Positions 28,101 to 43,100 of a stretch of 64,000 nt of DNA are shown one piece after another; the first letter of the stretch is position 1, and each line of letters starts with the position of its first letter. Below the pieces are notes generated by a model, which was not told where the DNA came from, ran no database searches, and saw only the letters and a program-made list of their open reading frames with translations. This DNA comes from Eledone cirrhosa (Eukaryota): the NCBI GenBank assembly GCA_964016885.1, contig OZ024743.1:104222001-104286000 (forward strand), given 5' to 3'. A program made the translations under genes and the position numbers.

Positions 28101-31100
28101 TAGTAGCCTTACACAGTGATACCATCTCTTTGAGGTATAGTAACCTTACATAGTGATACCATCTCTTTGAGGGATAGTAGCCTTACACAGTGATACCATC
28201 TCTTTGAGGTATAGTAGCCTTACATAGTGATATCATCTCTTTGAGGTATAGTAGCCTCACACAGTGATACCATCTCTTTGAGGTATAGTAGCCTTACATA
28301 GTGACACTATCTCTTTGAGGTATAGTAGCCTTACATAGTGATACCATCTCTTTGAGGGATAGTAGCCTTACACAGTGATACCATCTCTTTGGGGTATAGT
28401 AGCCTTACATAGTGATACCATCTCTTTGGGGTATAGTAGCCTTACATAGTGATACCATCTCTTTGAGGTATAGTAGCCTTACATAGTGATACCATCTCTT
28501 TGGGGTATAGTAGCCTTACATAGTGATATCATCTCTTTGAGGTATAGTAGCCTTACATAGTGATACCATCTCTTTGAGGTATTTGAGATATGGTAGCCTT
28601 ACACAGTGATACCATCTCTTTGAGGTATAGTAGCCTTACACAGTGATACCATCTCTTTGAGGGATAGTAGCCTTACATAGTGACACTATCTCTTTGAGGT
28701 ATAGTAGCCTTACATAGTGATACCATCTCTTTGAGGGATAGTAGCCTTACATAGTGATACCATCTCTTTGAGGGATCGTAGCCTTACATAGTGATACCAT
28801 CTCTTTGAGGTATAGTAGCCTTACACAGTGATACCATCTCTTTGAGGTATAGTAGCCTTACATAGTGATACCATCTCTTTGAGGGATAGTAGCCTTACAC
28901 AGTGATACCATCTCTTTGAGGTATAGTAGCCTTACATAGTGATATCATCTCTTTGAGGTATAGTAGCCTCACACAGTGATACCATCTCTTTGAGGTATAG
29001 TAGCCTTACATAGTGACACTATCTCTTTGAGGTATAGTAGCCTTACATAGTGATACCATCTCTTTGAGGGATAGTAGCCTTACATAGTGATACCATCTCT
29101 TTGGGGTATAGTAGCCTTACATAGTGATATCATCTCTTTGAGGTATAGTAGCCTTACACAGTGATACCATCTCTTTGAGGTATAGTAGCCTTACACAGTG
29201 ATACCATCTCTTTGAGGTATAGTAGCCTCACACAGTGATACCATCTCTTTGAGGTATAGTAGCCTTACACAGTGATACCATCTCTTTGAGGTATAGTAGC
29301 CTTTCACAGTGATACCATCTCTTTGAGGGATAGTAGCCTCACACAGTGATACCATCTCTTTGGGGTATAGTAGCCTTACACAGTGATACCATCTCTTTGA
29401 GGGATAGTAGCCTTACGTAGTGATACCATCTCTTTGAGGTATAGTAGCCTTACATAGTGTTATCATCTCTTTGAGGTATAGTAGCCTTACATAGTGATAC
29501 CATCTCTTTGAGGTATAGTAGCCTTACATAGTGATATCATCTCTTTGAGGTATAGTAGCCTTACACAGTGATACCATCTCTTTGAGGTATAGTAGCCTTA
29601 CATAGTGATACCATCTCTTTGAGGTATAGTAGCCTCACACAGTGATACCATCTCTTTGAGGGATAGTAGCCTTACATAGTGATACCATCTCTTTGAGGTA
29701 TAGTAGCCTTACATAGTGATACCATCTCTTTGAGGGATAGTAGCCTCACACAGTGATACCATCTCTTTGAGGTATGGTAGCCTTACACAGTGATACCATC
29801 TCTTTGTGGTATAGTAGCCTTACATAGTGATACCATCTCTTTGAAGTATAGTAGCCTTACATAGTGATACCATCTCTTTGAGGGATAGTAGCCTTACACG
29901 GTGATACCATCTCTTTGAGGTATAGTAGCCTTACATAGTGATACCATCTCTTTGAGGTATGGTAGCCTAACACAGTGATACCATCTCTTTGAGGGATAGT
30001 AGCCTTACATAGTGATACCATCTCTTTGAGGGATAGTAGCCTTACATAGTGATACCATCTCTTTGAGGTATAGTAGCTTTACATAGTGATACCATCTCTT
30101 TGGGGTATAGTAGCCTTACATAGTGATACCATCTCTTTGAGGGATAGTAGCCTTACATAGTGATACCATCTCTTTGCGGGATAGTAGCCTTACATAGTGA
30201 TACCATCTCTTTGGGGTATAGTAGCCTTACATAGTGATACCATCTCTTTGAGGGATAGTAGCCTTACATAGTGATACCATCTCTTTGAGGGATAGTAGCC
30301 TTACATAGTGATACCATCTCTTTGAGGGATAGTAGCCTTACATAGTGACACTATCTCTTTGAGGTATAGTAGCCTTACATAGTGATACCATCTCTTTGAG
30401 GGATAGTAGCCTTACATAGTGATACCATCTCTTTGAGGTATAGTAGCCTCACACAGTGATACCATCTCTTTGAGGGATAGTAGCCTTACACAGTGATACC
30501 ATCTCTTTGAGGTATAGTAGCCTCACACAGTGATACCATCTCTTTGAGGGATAGTAGCCTTACACAGTGATACCATCTCTTTGAGGTATAGTAGCCTTAC
30601 ACAGTGATACTATCTCTTTGAGGTATAGTAGCCTTACACAGTGATACCATCTCTTTGAGGTATAGTAGCCTTACATAGTGATATCATCTCTTTGAGGTAT
30701 AGTAGCCTTACACAGTGATACCATCTCTTTGAGGGATAGTAGCCTTACATAGTGACACTATCTCTTTGAGGTATAGTAGCCTTACATAGTGATACCATCT
30801 CTTTGAGGGATAGTAGCCTTACATAGTGATACCATCTCTTTGAGGTATAGTAGCCTTACACAGTGATACCATCTCTTTGAGGTATAGTAGCCTTACATAG
30901 TGATATCATCTCTTTGAGGTATAGTAGCCTTACACAGTGATACCATCTCTTTGAGGGATAGTAGCCTTACATAGTGATACCATCTCTTTGAGGGATAGTA
31001 GCCTCACACAGTGATACCATCTCTTTCGGGTATAGTAGCCTTACATAGTGATACCATCTCTTTGAGGTATAGTAGCCTTACATAGTGATACCATCTCTTT

Positions 31101-34100
31101 GAGGGATAGTAGCCTTACATTGTGATATCATCTCTTTGAGGTATAGTAGCCTTACACAGTGATACCATCTCTTTGAGGGATAGTAGCCTTACATAGTGAC
31201 ACTATCTCTTTGAGGTATAGTAGCCTTACATAGTGATACCATCTCTTTGAGGGATAGTAGCCTTACATAGTGATACCATCTCTTTGAGGGATAGTAGCCT
31301 TAGATAGTGATACCTTCTCTTTGAGGTATAGTAACCTTACACAGTGATACCATCTCTTTGAGGTATAGTAGCCTTACATAGTGATACCATCTCTTTGAGG
31401 GATAGTAGCCTTACATAGTGACACTATCTCTTTGAGGTATAGTAGCCTTACATAGTGATACCATCTCTTTGAGGTATTGTAGCCTTACATAGTGATACCA
31501 TCTCTTTGAGGTATAGTAGCCTTACACAGTGATACCATCTCTTTGAGGTATGGTAGCCTTACATAGTGATACCATCTCTTTGAGGTATAGTAGCCTCACA
31601 CAGTGATACCATCTCTTTGAGGGATAGTAGCCTTACACAGTGATACCATCTCTTTGGGGTATAGTAGCCTTACATAGTGATACCATCTCTTTGGGGTATA
31701 GTAGCCTTACATAATGATACCATCTCTTTGAGGTATAGTAGCCTTACATAGTGATACCATCTCTTTGGGGTATAGTAGCCTTACATAGTGATATCATCTC
31801 TTTGAGGTATAGTAGCCTTACATAGTGATACCATCTCTTTGAGGTATTTGAGGTATGGTAGCCTTACACAGTGATACCATCTCTTTGAGGTATAGTAGCC
31901 TTACACAGTGATACCATCTCTTTGAGGGATAGTAGCCTTACACAGTGATACCATCTCTTTGAGGGATAGTAGCCTTACATAGTGACACTATCTCTTTGAG
32001 GTATAGTAGCCTTACATAGTGATACCATCTCTTTGAGGGATAGTAGCCTTACATAGTGATACCATCTCTTTGAGGGATAGTAGCCTTACATAGTGATACC
32101 ATCTCTTTGAGGTATAGTAGCCTTACACAGTGATACCATCTCTTTGAGGTATAGTAGCCTTACATAGTGATACCATCTCTTTGGGGGATAGTAGCCTTAC
32201 ACAGTGATACCATCTCTTTGAGGTATAGTAGCCTTACATAGTGATATCATCTCTTTGAGGTATAGTAGCCTCACACAGTGATACCATCTCTTTGAGGTAT
32301 AGTAGCCTTACATAGTGACACTATCTCTTTGAGGTATAGTAGCCTTACATAGTGATACCATCTCTTTGAGGGATAGTAGCCTTACACAGTGATACCATTT
32401 CTTTGGGGTATAGTAGCCTTACATAGTGATACCATCTCTTTGGGGTATAGTAGCCTTACATAGTGATACCATCTCTTTGAGGTATAGTAGCCTTACATAG
32501 TGATACCATCTCTTTGGTGTATAGTAGCCTTACATAGTGATATCATCTCTTTGAGGTATAGTAGCCTTACATAGTGATACCATCTCTTTGAGGTATTTGA
32601 GGTATGGTAGCCTTACACAGTGATACCATCTCTTTGAGGTATAGTAGCCTTACACAGTGATACCATCTCTTTGAGGGATAGTAGCCTTACATAGTGATAC
32701 CATCTCTTTGGGGTATAGTAGCCTTACATAGTGATATCATCTCTTTGAGGTATAGTAGCCTTACACAGTGATACCATCTCTTTGAGGTATAGTAGCCTTA
32801 CATAGTGATATCATCTCTTTGAGGTATAGTAGCCTTACACAGTGATACCATCTCTTTGAGGTATAGTAGCCTTACATAGTGATACCATCTCTTTGAGGTA
32901 TAGTAGCCTCACACAGTGATACCATCTCTTTGAGGGATAGTAGCCTTACATAGTGATACCATCTCTTTGAGGTATAGTAGCCTTACATAGTGATACCATC
33001 TCTTTGAGGTATAGTAGCCTTACATAGTGATATCATCTCTTTGAGGTATAGTAGCCTTACACAGTGATACCATCTCTTTGAGGTATAGTAGCCTTACATA
33101 GTGATACCATCTCTTTGAGGTATAGTAGCCTCACACAGTGATACCATCTCTTTGAGGGATAGTAGCCTTACATAGTGATACCATCTCTTTGAGGTATAGT
33201 AGCCTTACATAGTGATACCATCTCTTTGAGGGATAGTAGCCTCACACAGTGATACCATCTCTTTGAGGTATAGTAGCCTCACACAGTGATACCATCTCTT
33301 TGAGGTATAGTAGCCTTACATAGTGACACTATCTCTTTGAGGGATAGTAGCCTTACATAGTGATACCATCTCTTTGAGGTATAGTAGCCTTACACAGTGA
33401 TACCATCTCTTTGAGGTATAGTAGCCTTACATAGTGATACCATCTCTTTGAGGGATAGTAGCCTTACATAGTGACACTATCTCTTTGAGGTATAGTAGCC
33501 TTACATAGTGATACCATCTCTTTGAGGTATAGTAGCCTTACATAGTGATACCATCTCTTTGAGGTATAGTAGCCTTACACAGTGATACCATCTCTTTGAG
33601 GTATGGTAGCCTTACATAGTGATACCATCTCTTTGAGGTATAGTAGCCTTACACAGTGATACCATCTCTTTGAGGTATAGTAGCCTTACATAGTGATACC
33701 ATCTCTTTGAGGTATTTGAGGTATGGTAGCCTTATACAGTGATACCATCTCTTTGAGGTATAGAAGCCTTACATAGTGATACCATCTCTTTGAGAGATAG
33801 TAGCCTTACACAGTGATACCATCTCTTTGAGGTATAGTAGCCTTACATAGTGATACCATCTCTTTGGGGTATAGTAGCCTTACATAGTGATACCATCTCT
33901 TTGAGGTATAGTAGCCTTACATAGTGATACCATCTCTTTGGGGTATAGTAGCCTTACATAGTGATATCATCTCTTTGAGGGATAGTAGCCTTACACAGTG
34001 ATACCATCTCTTTGAGGTATAGTAGCCTTACATAGTGATACCATCTCTTTGAGGGATAGTAGCCTTACACAGTGATACCATCTCTTTGGGGTATAGTAGC

Positions 34101-37100
34101 CTTACATAGTGATACCATCTCTTTGGGATATAGTAGCCTTACATAGTGATACCATCTCTTTGAGGTATAGTAGCCTTACATAGTGATACCATCTCTTTGG
34201 GGTATAGTAGCCTTACATAGTGATACCATCTCTTTGGGGTATAGTAGCCTTACATAGTGATACCATCTCTTTGAGGTATAGTAGCCTTACATAGTGATAC
34301 CATCTCTTTGGGGTATAGTAGCCTTACATAGTGATATCATCTCTTTGAGGGATAGTAGCCTTACACAGTGATACCATCTCTTTGAGGTATAGTAGCCTTA
34401 CACAGTGATACCATCTCTTTGAGGGATAGTAGCCTTACACAGTGATACCATCTCTTTGAGGGATAGTAGCCTTACACAGTGATACCATCTCTTTGAGGGA
34501 TAGTAGCCTTACATAGTGATACCATCTCTTTGGGGTATAGTAGCCTTACACAGTGATACCATCTCTTTGAGGTATAGTAGCCTTACACAGTGATACCATC
34601 TCTTTGAGGTATAGTAGCCTTACACAGTGATACCATCTCTTTGAGGGATAGTAGCCTTACATAGTGATACCATCTCTTTGAGGGATAGTAGCCTTACACA
34701 GTGATACCATCTCTTTGAGGGATAGTAGCCTTACATAGTGATACCATCTCTTTGGGGTATAGTAGCCTTACACAGTGATACCATCTCTTTGAGGTATAGT
34801 AGCCTTACACAGTGATACCATCTCTTTGAGGGATAGTAGCCTTACATAGTGATACCATCTCTTTGAGGGATAGTAGCCTTACACAGTGATACCATCTCTT
34901 TGAGGGATAGTAGCCTTACATAGTGATACCATCTCTTTGGGGTATAGTAGCCTTACATAGTGATATCATCTCTTTGAGGGATAGTAGCCTTACACAGTGA
35001 TACCATCTCTTTGAGGGATAGTAGCCTTACACAGTGATACCATCTCTTTGAGGGATAGTAGCCTTACACAGTGATACCATCTCTTTGAGGTATAGTAGCC
35101 TTTCACAGTGATACCATCTCTTTGAGGGATAGTAGCCTCACACAGTGATACCATCTCTTTGAGGGATAGTAGCCTTACACAGTGATACCATCTCTTTGGG
35201 GTATAGTAGCCTTTCACAGTGATACCATCTCTTTGAGGGATAGTAGCCTTACACAGTGATACCATCTCTTTGGGGTATAGTAGCCTTACACAGTGATACC
35301 ATCTCTTTGAGGGATAGTAGCCTTACACAGTGATACCATCTCTTTGAGGGATAGTAGCCTTACACAGTGATACCATCTCTTTGGGGTATAGTAGCCTTAC
35401 ACAGTGATACCATCTCTTTGAGGTATAGTAGCCTTACATAGTGATACCATCTCTTTGAGGGATAGTAGCCTTACGTAGTGATACCATCTCTTTGAGGTAT
35501 AGTAGCCTTACATAGTGATACCATCTCTTTGAGGTATAGTAGCCTTACATAGTGATATCATCTCTTTGGGGTATAGTAGCCTTACATAGTGATACCATCT
35601 CTTTGAGGTATAGTAGCCTTACATATTGATATCATCTCTTTGAGGTATAGTAGCCTTACACAGTGATACCATCTCTTTGAGGTATAGTAGCCTTACATAG
35701 TGATACCATCTCTTTGAGGTATAGTAGCCTCACACAGTGATACCATCTCTTTGAGGGATAGTAGCCTTACATAGTGATACCATCTCTTTGAGGTATAGTA
35801 GCCTTACATAGTGATACCATCTCTTTGAGGGATAGTAGCCTCACACAGTGATACCATCTCTTTGAGGTATAGTAGCCTTACATAGTGATACCATCTCCTT
35901 GAGGTATAGTAGCCTTACATAGTGATACCATCTCTTTGAGGGATAGTAGCCTTACATAGTGATACCATCTCTTTGAGGTATAGTAGCCTTACATAGTGAT
36001 ACCATCTCTTTGAGGTATAGTAGCCTTACACAGTGATACCATCTCTTTGAGGGATAGTAGCCTTACACAGTGATACCATCTCTTTGAGGGATAGTAGCCT
36101 TACATAGTGATACCATCTCTTTGAGGGATAGTAGCCTTACACAGTGATACCATCTCTTTGAGGTATAGTAGCCTTACATAGTGATACCATCTCTTTGGGG
36201 TATAGTAGCCTCACACAGTGATACCATCTCTTTGAGGTATAGTAGCCTCACACAGTGATACCATCTCTTTGAGGGATAGTAGCCTCACATAGTGATACCA
36301 TCTCTTTGAGGGATAGTAGCCTTACATAGTGATACCATCTCTTTGGGGTATAGTAGCCTTACATAGTGATACCATCTCTTTGAGGTATAGTAGCCTTACA
36401 TAGTGATACCATCTCTTTGAGGGATAGTAGCCTTACAGTGATACCATCTCTTTGGGGTATAGTAGCCTTACATAGTGATACCATCTCTTTGAGGGATAGT
36501 AGCCTCACATAGTGATACCATCTCTTTGAGGTATAGTAGCCTTACACAGTGATACCATCTCTTTGAGGTATAGTAGCCTCACACAGTGATACCATCTCTT
36601 TGAGGTATAGTAGCCTCACACAGTGATACCATCTCTTTGAGGGATAGTAGCCTCACATAGTGATACCATCTCTTTGAGGGATAGTAGCCTTACATAGTGA
36701 TACCATCTCTTTGAGGTATAGTAGCCTTACATAGTGATACCATCTCTTTGAGGTATAGTAGCCTTACACAGTGATACCATCTCTTTGAGGGATAGTAGCC
36801 TTACATAGTGATACCATCTCTTTGAGGGATAGTAGCCTTACACAGTGATACCATCTCTTTGAGGGATAGTAGCCTCACACAGTGATACCATATCTTTGAG
36901 GGATAGTAGCCTTACATAGTGATACCAGCTCTTTGGGGTATAGTAGCCTCACACAGTGATACCATCTCTTTGAGGTATAGTAGCCTTACACAGTGATACC
37001 ATCTCTTTGGGGTATAGTAGCCTTACATAGTGATACCATCTCTTTGAGGGATAGTAGCCTTACACAGTGATACCATCTCTTTGAGGGATAGTAGCCTCAC

Positions 37101-40100
37101 ACAGTGATACCATATCTTTGAGGGATAGTAGCCTTACATAGTGATACCAGCTCTTTGGGGTATAGTAGCCTCACACAGTGATACCATCTCTTTGAGGTAT
37201 AGTAGCCTTACACAGTGATACCATCTCTTTGAGGTATAGTAGCCTTACATAGTGATACCATCTCTTTGAGGTATAGTAGCCTTACACAGTGATACCATCT
37301 CTTTGGGGTATAGTAGCCTTACATAGTGATACCATCTCTTTGAGGGATAGTAGCCTTACACAGTGATACCATCTCTTTGAGGGATAGTAGCCTCACACAG
37401 TGATACTATCTCTTTGAGGGATAGTAGCCTTACATAGTGATGCCATCTCTTTGCAGGATAGTAGCCTTACATAGTGATACCATCTCTTTGAGGTATAGTA
37501 GCCTCACACAGTGATACCATCTCTTTGAGGGATAGTAGCCTTACATAGTGATACCATCTCTTTGAGGGATAGTAGCCTTACATAGTGATACCATCTCTTT
37601 GAGGGATAGTAGCCTTACACAGTGATACCATCTCTTTGAGGGATAGTAGCCTTACATAGTGATGCCATCTCTTTGCAGGATAGTAGCCTTACATAGTGAT
37701 ACCATCTCTTTGAGGGATAGTAGCCTTACATAGTGATACCATCTCTTTGAGGGATAGTAGCCTTACATGGTGATACCATCTCTTTGAGGGATAGTAGCCT
37801 CACACAGTGATACCATCTCTTTGAGGGATAGTAGCCTCACACAGTGATACCATCTCTTTCGGGTATAGTAGCCTTACATAGTGATACCATCTCTTTGAGG
37901 TATAGTAGCCTTACATAGTGATACCATCTCTTTGAGGGATAGTAGCCTTACATAGTGATACCATCTCTTTGGGGTATAGTAGCCTTACATAGTGATACCA
38001 TCTCTTTGGGGGATAGTAGCCTTACATAGTGATACCATCTCTTTGAGGTATAGTAGCCTTACATAGTGATACCATCTCTTTGAGGGATAGTAGCCTTACA
38101 TAGTGATACCATCTCTTTGAGGGATAGTAGCCTTACACAGTGATACCATCTCTTTGAGGTATAGTAGCCTTACACAGTGATACCATCTCTTTGAGGTATA
38201 GTAGCCTTACATAGTGATATCATCTCTTTGAGGTATAGTAGCCTTACACAGTGATACCATCTCTTTGAGGGATAGTAGCCTTACATAGTGATACCATCTC
38301 TTTGAGGTATGGTAGCCTTACATAGTGATATCATCTGTTTGAGGTATATTAGCCTTACACAGTGATACCATCTCTTTGAGGTATAGTAGCCTTACACAGT
38401 GATACCATCTCTTTGAGGTATAGTAGCCTTACACAGTGATACCATCTCTTTGAGGTATAGTAGCCTTACATAGTGATATCATCTCTTTGAGGTATAGTAG
38501 CCTTACACAGTGATACCATCTCTTTGAGGGATAGTAGCCTTACATAGTGATACCATCTCTTTGAGGTATGGTAGCCTTACATAGTGATATCATCTCTTTG
38601 AGGTATAGTAGCCTTACACAGTGATACCATCTCTTTGAGGTATAGTAGCCTTACACAGTGATACCATCTCTTTGAGGTATAGTAGCCTTACATAGTGATA
38701 TCATCTCTTTGAGGTATAGTAGCCTTACACAGTGATACCATCTCTTTGAGGGATAGTAGCCTTACATAGTGATATCATCTCTTTGAGGTATAGTAGCCTT
38801 ACATAGTGATACCATCTCTTTGAGGGATAGTAGCCTTACACAGTGATACCATCTCTTTGAGGGATAGTAGCCTTACATAGTGATACCATCTCTTTGAGGT
38901 ATAGTAGCCTTACACAGTGATACCATCTGTTTGAGGTATAGTAGCCTTACATAGTGATACCATCTCTTTGAGGGATAGTAGCCTTACACAGTGATACCAT
39001 CTCTTTGAGGGATAGTAGCCTTACATAGTGACACTATCTCTTTCAGGGATAGTAGCCTTACATAGTGATACCATCTCTTTGAGGGATAGTAGCCTTACAT
39101 AGTGATACCATCTCTTTGAGGTATAGTAGCCTTACACAGTGATACCATCTCTTTGAGGTATAGTAGCCTTACATAGTGATACCATCTCTTTGAGGTATTT
39201 GAGGTATGGTAGCCTTACACAGTGATACCATCTCTTTGAGGTATAGTAGCCTTACATAGTGATACCATCTCTTTGAGGGATAGTCGCCTTACACAGTGAT
39301 ACCATCTCTTTGAGGTATAGTAGCCTTACATAGTGATACCATCTCTTTGGGGTATAGTAGCCTTACATAGTGATACCATCTCTTTGAGGTATAGTAGCCT
39401 TACATAGTGATACCATCTCTTTGGGGTATAGTAGCCTTACATAGTGATATCATCTCTTTGAGGGATAGTAGCCTTACACAGTGTTACCATCTCTTTGAGG
39501 TATAGTAGCCTTACACAGTGATACCATCTCTTTGAGGTATAGTAGCCTTACACAGTGATACCATCTCTTTGAGGGATAGTAGCCTTACATAGTGATACCA
39601 TCTCTTTGAGGGATAGTAGCCTTACACAGTGATACCATCTCTTTGAGGGATAGTAGCCTTACATAGTGATACCATCTCTTTGGGGTATAGTAGCCTTACA
39701 CAGTGATACCATCTCTTTGAGGTATAGTAGCCTTACACAGTGATACCATCTCTTTGAGGGATAGTAGCCTTACATAGTGATACCATCTCTTTGAGGGATA
39801 GTAGCCTTACACAGTGATACCATCTCTTTGAGGGATAGTAGCCTTACATAGTGATACCATCTCTTTGGGGTATAGTAGCCTTACATAGTGATATCATCTC
39901 TTTGAGGGATAGTAGCCTTACACAGTGATACCATCTCTTTGAGGGATAGTAGCCTTACACAGTGATACCATCTCTTTGAGGGATAGTAGCCTTACACAGT
40001 GATACCATCTCTTTGAGGTATAGTAGCCTTTCACAGTGATACCATCTCTTTGAGGGATAGTAGCCTCACACAGTGATACCATCTCTTTGAGGGATAGTAG

Positions 40101-43100
40101 CCTTACACAGTGATACCATCTCTTTGGGGTATAGTAGCCTTTCACAGTGATACCATCTCTTTGAGGGATAGTAGCCTTACACAGTGATACCATCTCTTTG
40201 GGGTATAGTAGCCTTACACAGTGATACCATCTCTTTGAGGGATAGTAGCCTTACACAGTGATACCATCTCTTTGAGGGATAGTAGCCTTACACAGTGATA
40301 CCATCTCTTTGGGGTATAGTAGCCTTACACAGTGATACCATCTCTTTGAGGTATAGTAGCCTTACATAGTGATACCATCTCTTTGAGGGATAGTAGCCTT
40401 ACGTAGTGATACCATCTCTTTGAGGTATAGTAGCCTTACATAGTGATACCATCTCTTTGAGGTATAGTAGCCTTACATAGTGATATCATCTCTTTGGGGT
40501 ATAGTAGCCTTACATAGTGATACCATCTCTTTGAGGTATAGTAGCCTTACATATTGATATCATCTCTTTGAGGTATAGTAGCCTTACACAGTGATACCAT
40601 CTCTTTGAGGTATAGTAGCCTTACATAGTGATACCATCTCTTTGAGGTATAGTAGCCTCACACAGTGATACCATCTCTTTGAGGGATAGTAGCCTTACAT
40701 AGTGATACCATCTCTTTGAGGTATAGTAGCCTTACATAGTGATACCATCTCTTTGAGGGATAGTAGCCTCACACAGTGATACCATCTCTTTGAGGTATAG
40801 TAGCCTTACATAGTGATACCATCTCCTTGAGGTATAGTAGCCTTACATAGTGATACCATCTCTTTGAGGTATAGTAGCCTTACATAGTGATACCATCTCT
40901 TTGAGGTATAGTAGCCTTACACAGTGATACCATCTCTTTGAGGGATAGTAGCCTTACACAGTGATACCATCTCTTTGAGGGATAGTAGCCTTACACAGTG
41001 ATACCATCTCTTTGAGGTATAGTAGCCTTACATAGTGATACCATCTCTTTGGGGTATAGTAGCCTCACACAGTGATACCATCTCTTTGAGGTATAGTAGC
41101 CTCACACAGTGATACCATCTCTTTGAGGGATAGTAGCCTCACATAGTGATACCATCTCTTTGAGGGATAGTAGCCTTACATAGTGATACCATCTCTTTGG
41201 GGTATAGTAGCCTTACATAGTGATACCATCTCTTTGAGGTATAGTAGCCTTACATAGTGATACCATCTCTTTGAGGGATAGTAGCCTTACACAGTGATAC
41301 CATCTCTTTGGGGTATAGTAGCCTTACATAGTGATACCATCTCTTTGAGGGATAGTAGCCTCACATAGTGATACCATCTCTTTGAGGTATAGTAGCCTTA
41401 CACAGTGATACCATCTCTTTGAGGTATAGTAGCCTCACACAGTGATACCATCTCTTTGAGGTATAGTAGCCTCACACAGTGATACCATCTCTTTGAGGGA
41501 TAGTAGCCTCACATAGTGATACCATCTCTTTGAGGGATAGTAGCCTTACATAGTGATACCATCTCTTTGAGGTATAGTAGCCTTACATAGTGATACCATC
41601 TCTTTGAGGTATAGTAGCCTTACACAGTGATACCATCTCTTTGAGGGATAGTAGCCTTACATAGTGATACCATCTCTTTGAGGGATAGTAGCCTTACACA
41701 GTGATACCATCTCTTTGAGGGATAGTAGCCTCACACAGTGATACCATATCTTTGAGGGATAGTAGCCTTACATAGTGATACCAGCTCTTTGGGGTATAGT
41801 AGCCTCACACAGTGATACCATCTCTTTGAGGTATAGTAGCCTTACACAGTGATACCATCTCTTTGGGGTATAGTAGCCTTACATAGTGATACCATCTCTT
41901 TGAGGGATAGTAGCCTTACACAGTGATACCATCTCTTTGAGGGATAGTAGCCTCACACAGTGATACCATATCTTTGAGGGATAGTAGCCTTACATAGTGA
42001 TACCAGCTCTTTGGGGTATAGTAGCCTCACACAGTGATACCATCTCTTTGAGGTATAGTAGCCTTACACAGTGATACCATCTCTTTGAGGTATAGTAGCC
42101 TTACATAGTGATACCATCTCTTTGAGGTATAGTAGCCTTACACAGTGATACCATCTCTTTGGGGTATAGTAGCCTTACATAGTGATACCATCTCTTTGAG
42201 GGATAGTAGCCTTACACAGTGATACCATCTCTTTGAGGGATAGTAGCCTCACACAGTGATACTATCTCTTTGAGGGATAGTAGCCTTACACAGTGATACC
42301 ATCTCTTTGAGGTATAGTAGCCTTACATAGTGATGCCATCTCTTTGCAGGATAGTAGCCTTACATAGTGATACCATCTCTTTGAGGTATAGTAGCCTTAC
42401 ATACTGATACCATCTCTTTGAGGGATAGTAGCCTTACATAGTGATGCCATCTCTTTGCAGGATAGTAGCCTTACATAGTGATACCATCTCTTTGAGGTAT
42501 AGTAGCCTCACACAGTGATACCATCTCTTTGAGGGATAGTAGCCTTACATAGTGATACCATCTCTTTGAGGGATAGTAGCCTTACATAGTGATACCATCT
42601 CTTTGAGGGATAGTAGCCTTACACAGTGATACCATCTCTTTGAGGGATAGTAGCCTTACATAGTGATGCCATCTCTTTGCAGGATAGTAGCCTTACATAG
42701 TGATACCATCTCTTTGAGGGATAGTAGCCTTACATAGTGATACCATCTCTTTGAGGGATAGTAGCCTTACACGGTGATACCATCTCTTTGAGGGATAGTA
42801 GCCTCACACAGTGATACCATCTCTTTGAGGGATAGTAGCCTCACACAGTGATACCATCTCTTTCGGGTATAGTAGCCTTACATAGTGATACCATCTCTTT
42901 GAGGTATAGTAGCCTTACATAGTGATACCATCTCTTTGAGGGATAGTAGCCTTACATAGTGATACCATCTCTTTGGGGTATAGTAGCCTTACATAGTGAT
43001 ACCATCTCTTTGGGGGATAGTAGCCTTACATAGTGATACCATCTCTTTGAGGTATAGTAGCCTTACATAGTGATACCATCTCTTTGAGGGATAGTAGCCT

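Noticed and set aside
34990-40193. Two 91-aa ORFs inside the satellite (repeat protein)
   Set aside because: 37 is not a multiple of 3. The frame normally hits TAA every third unit and is open here only because of rare CTTTCAC variants. The second ORF is due to the 4.9-kb duplication.
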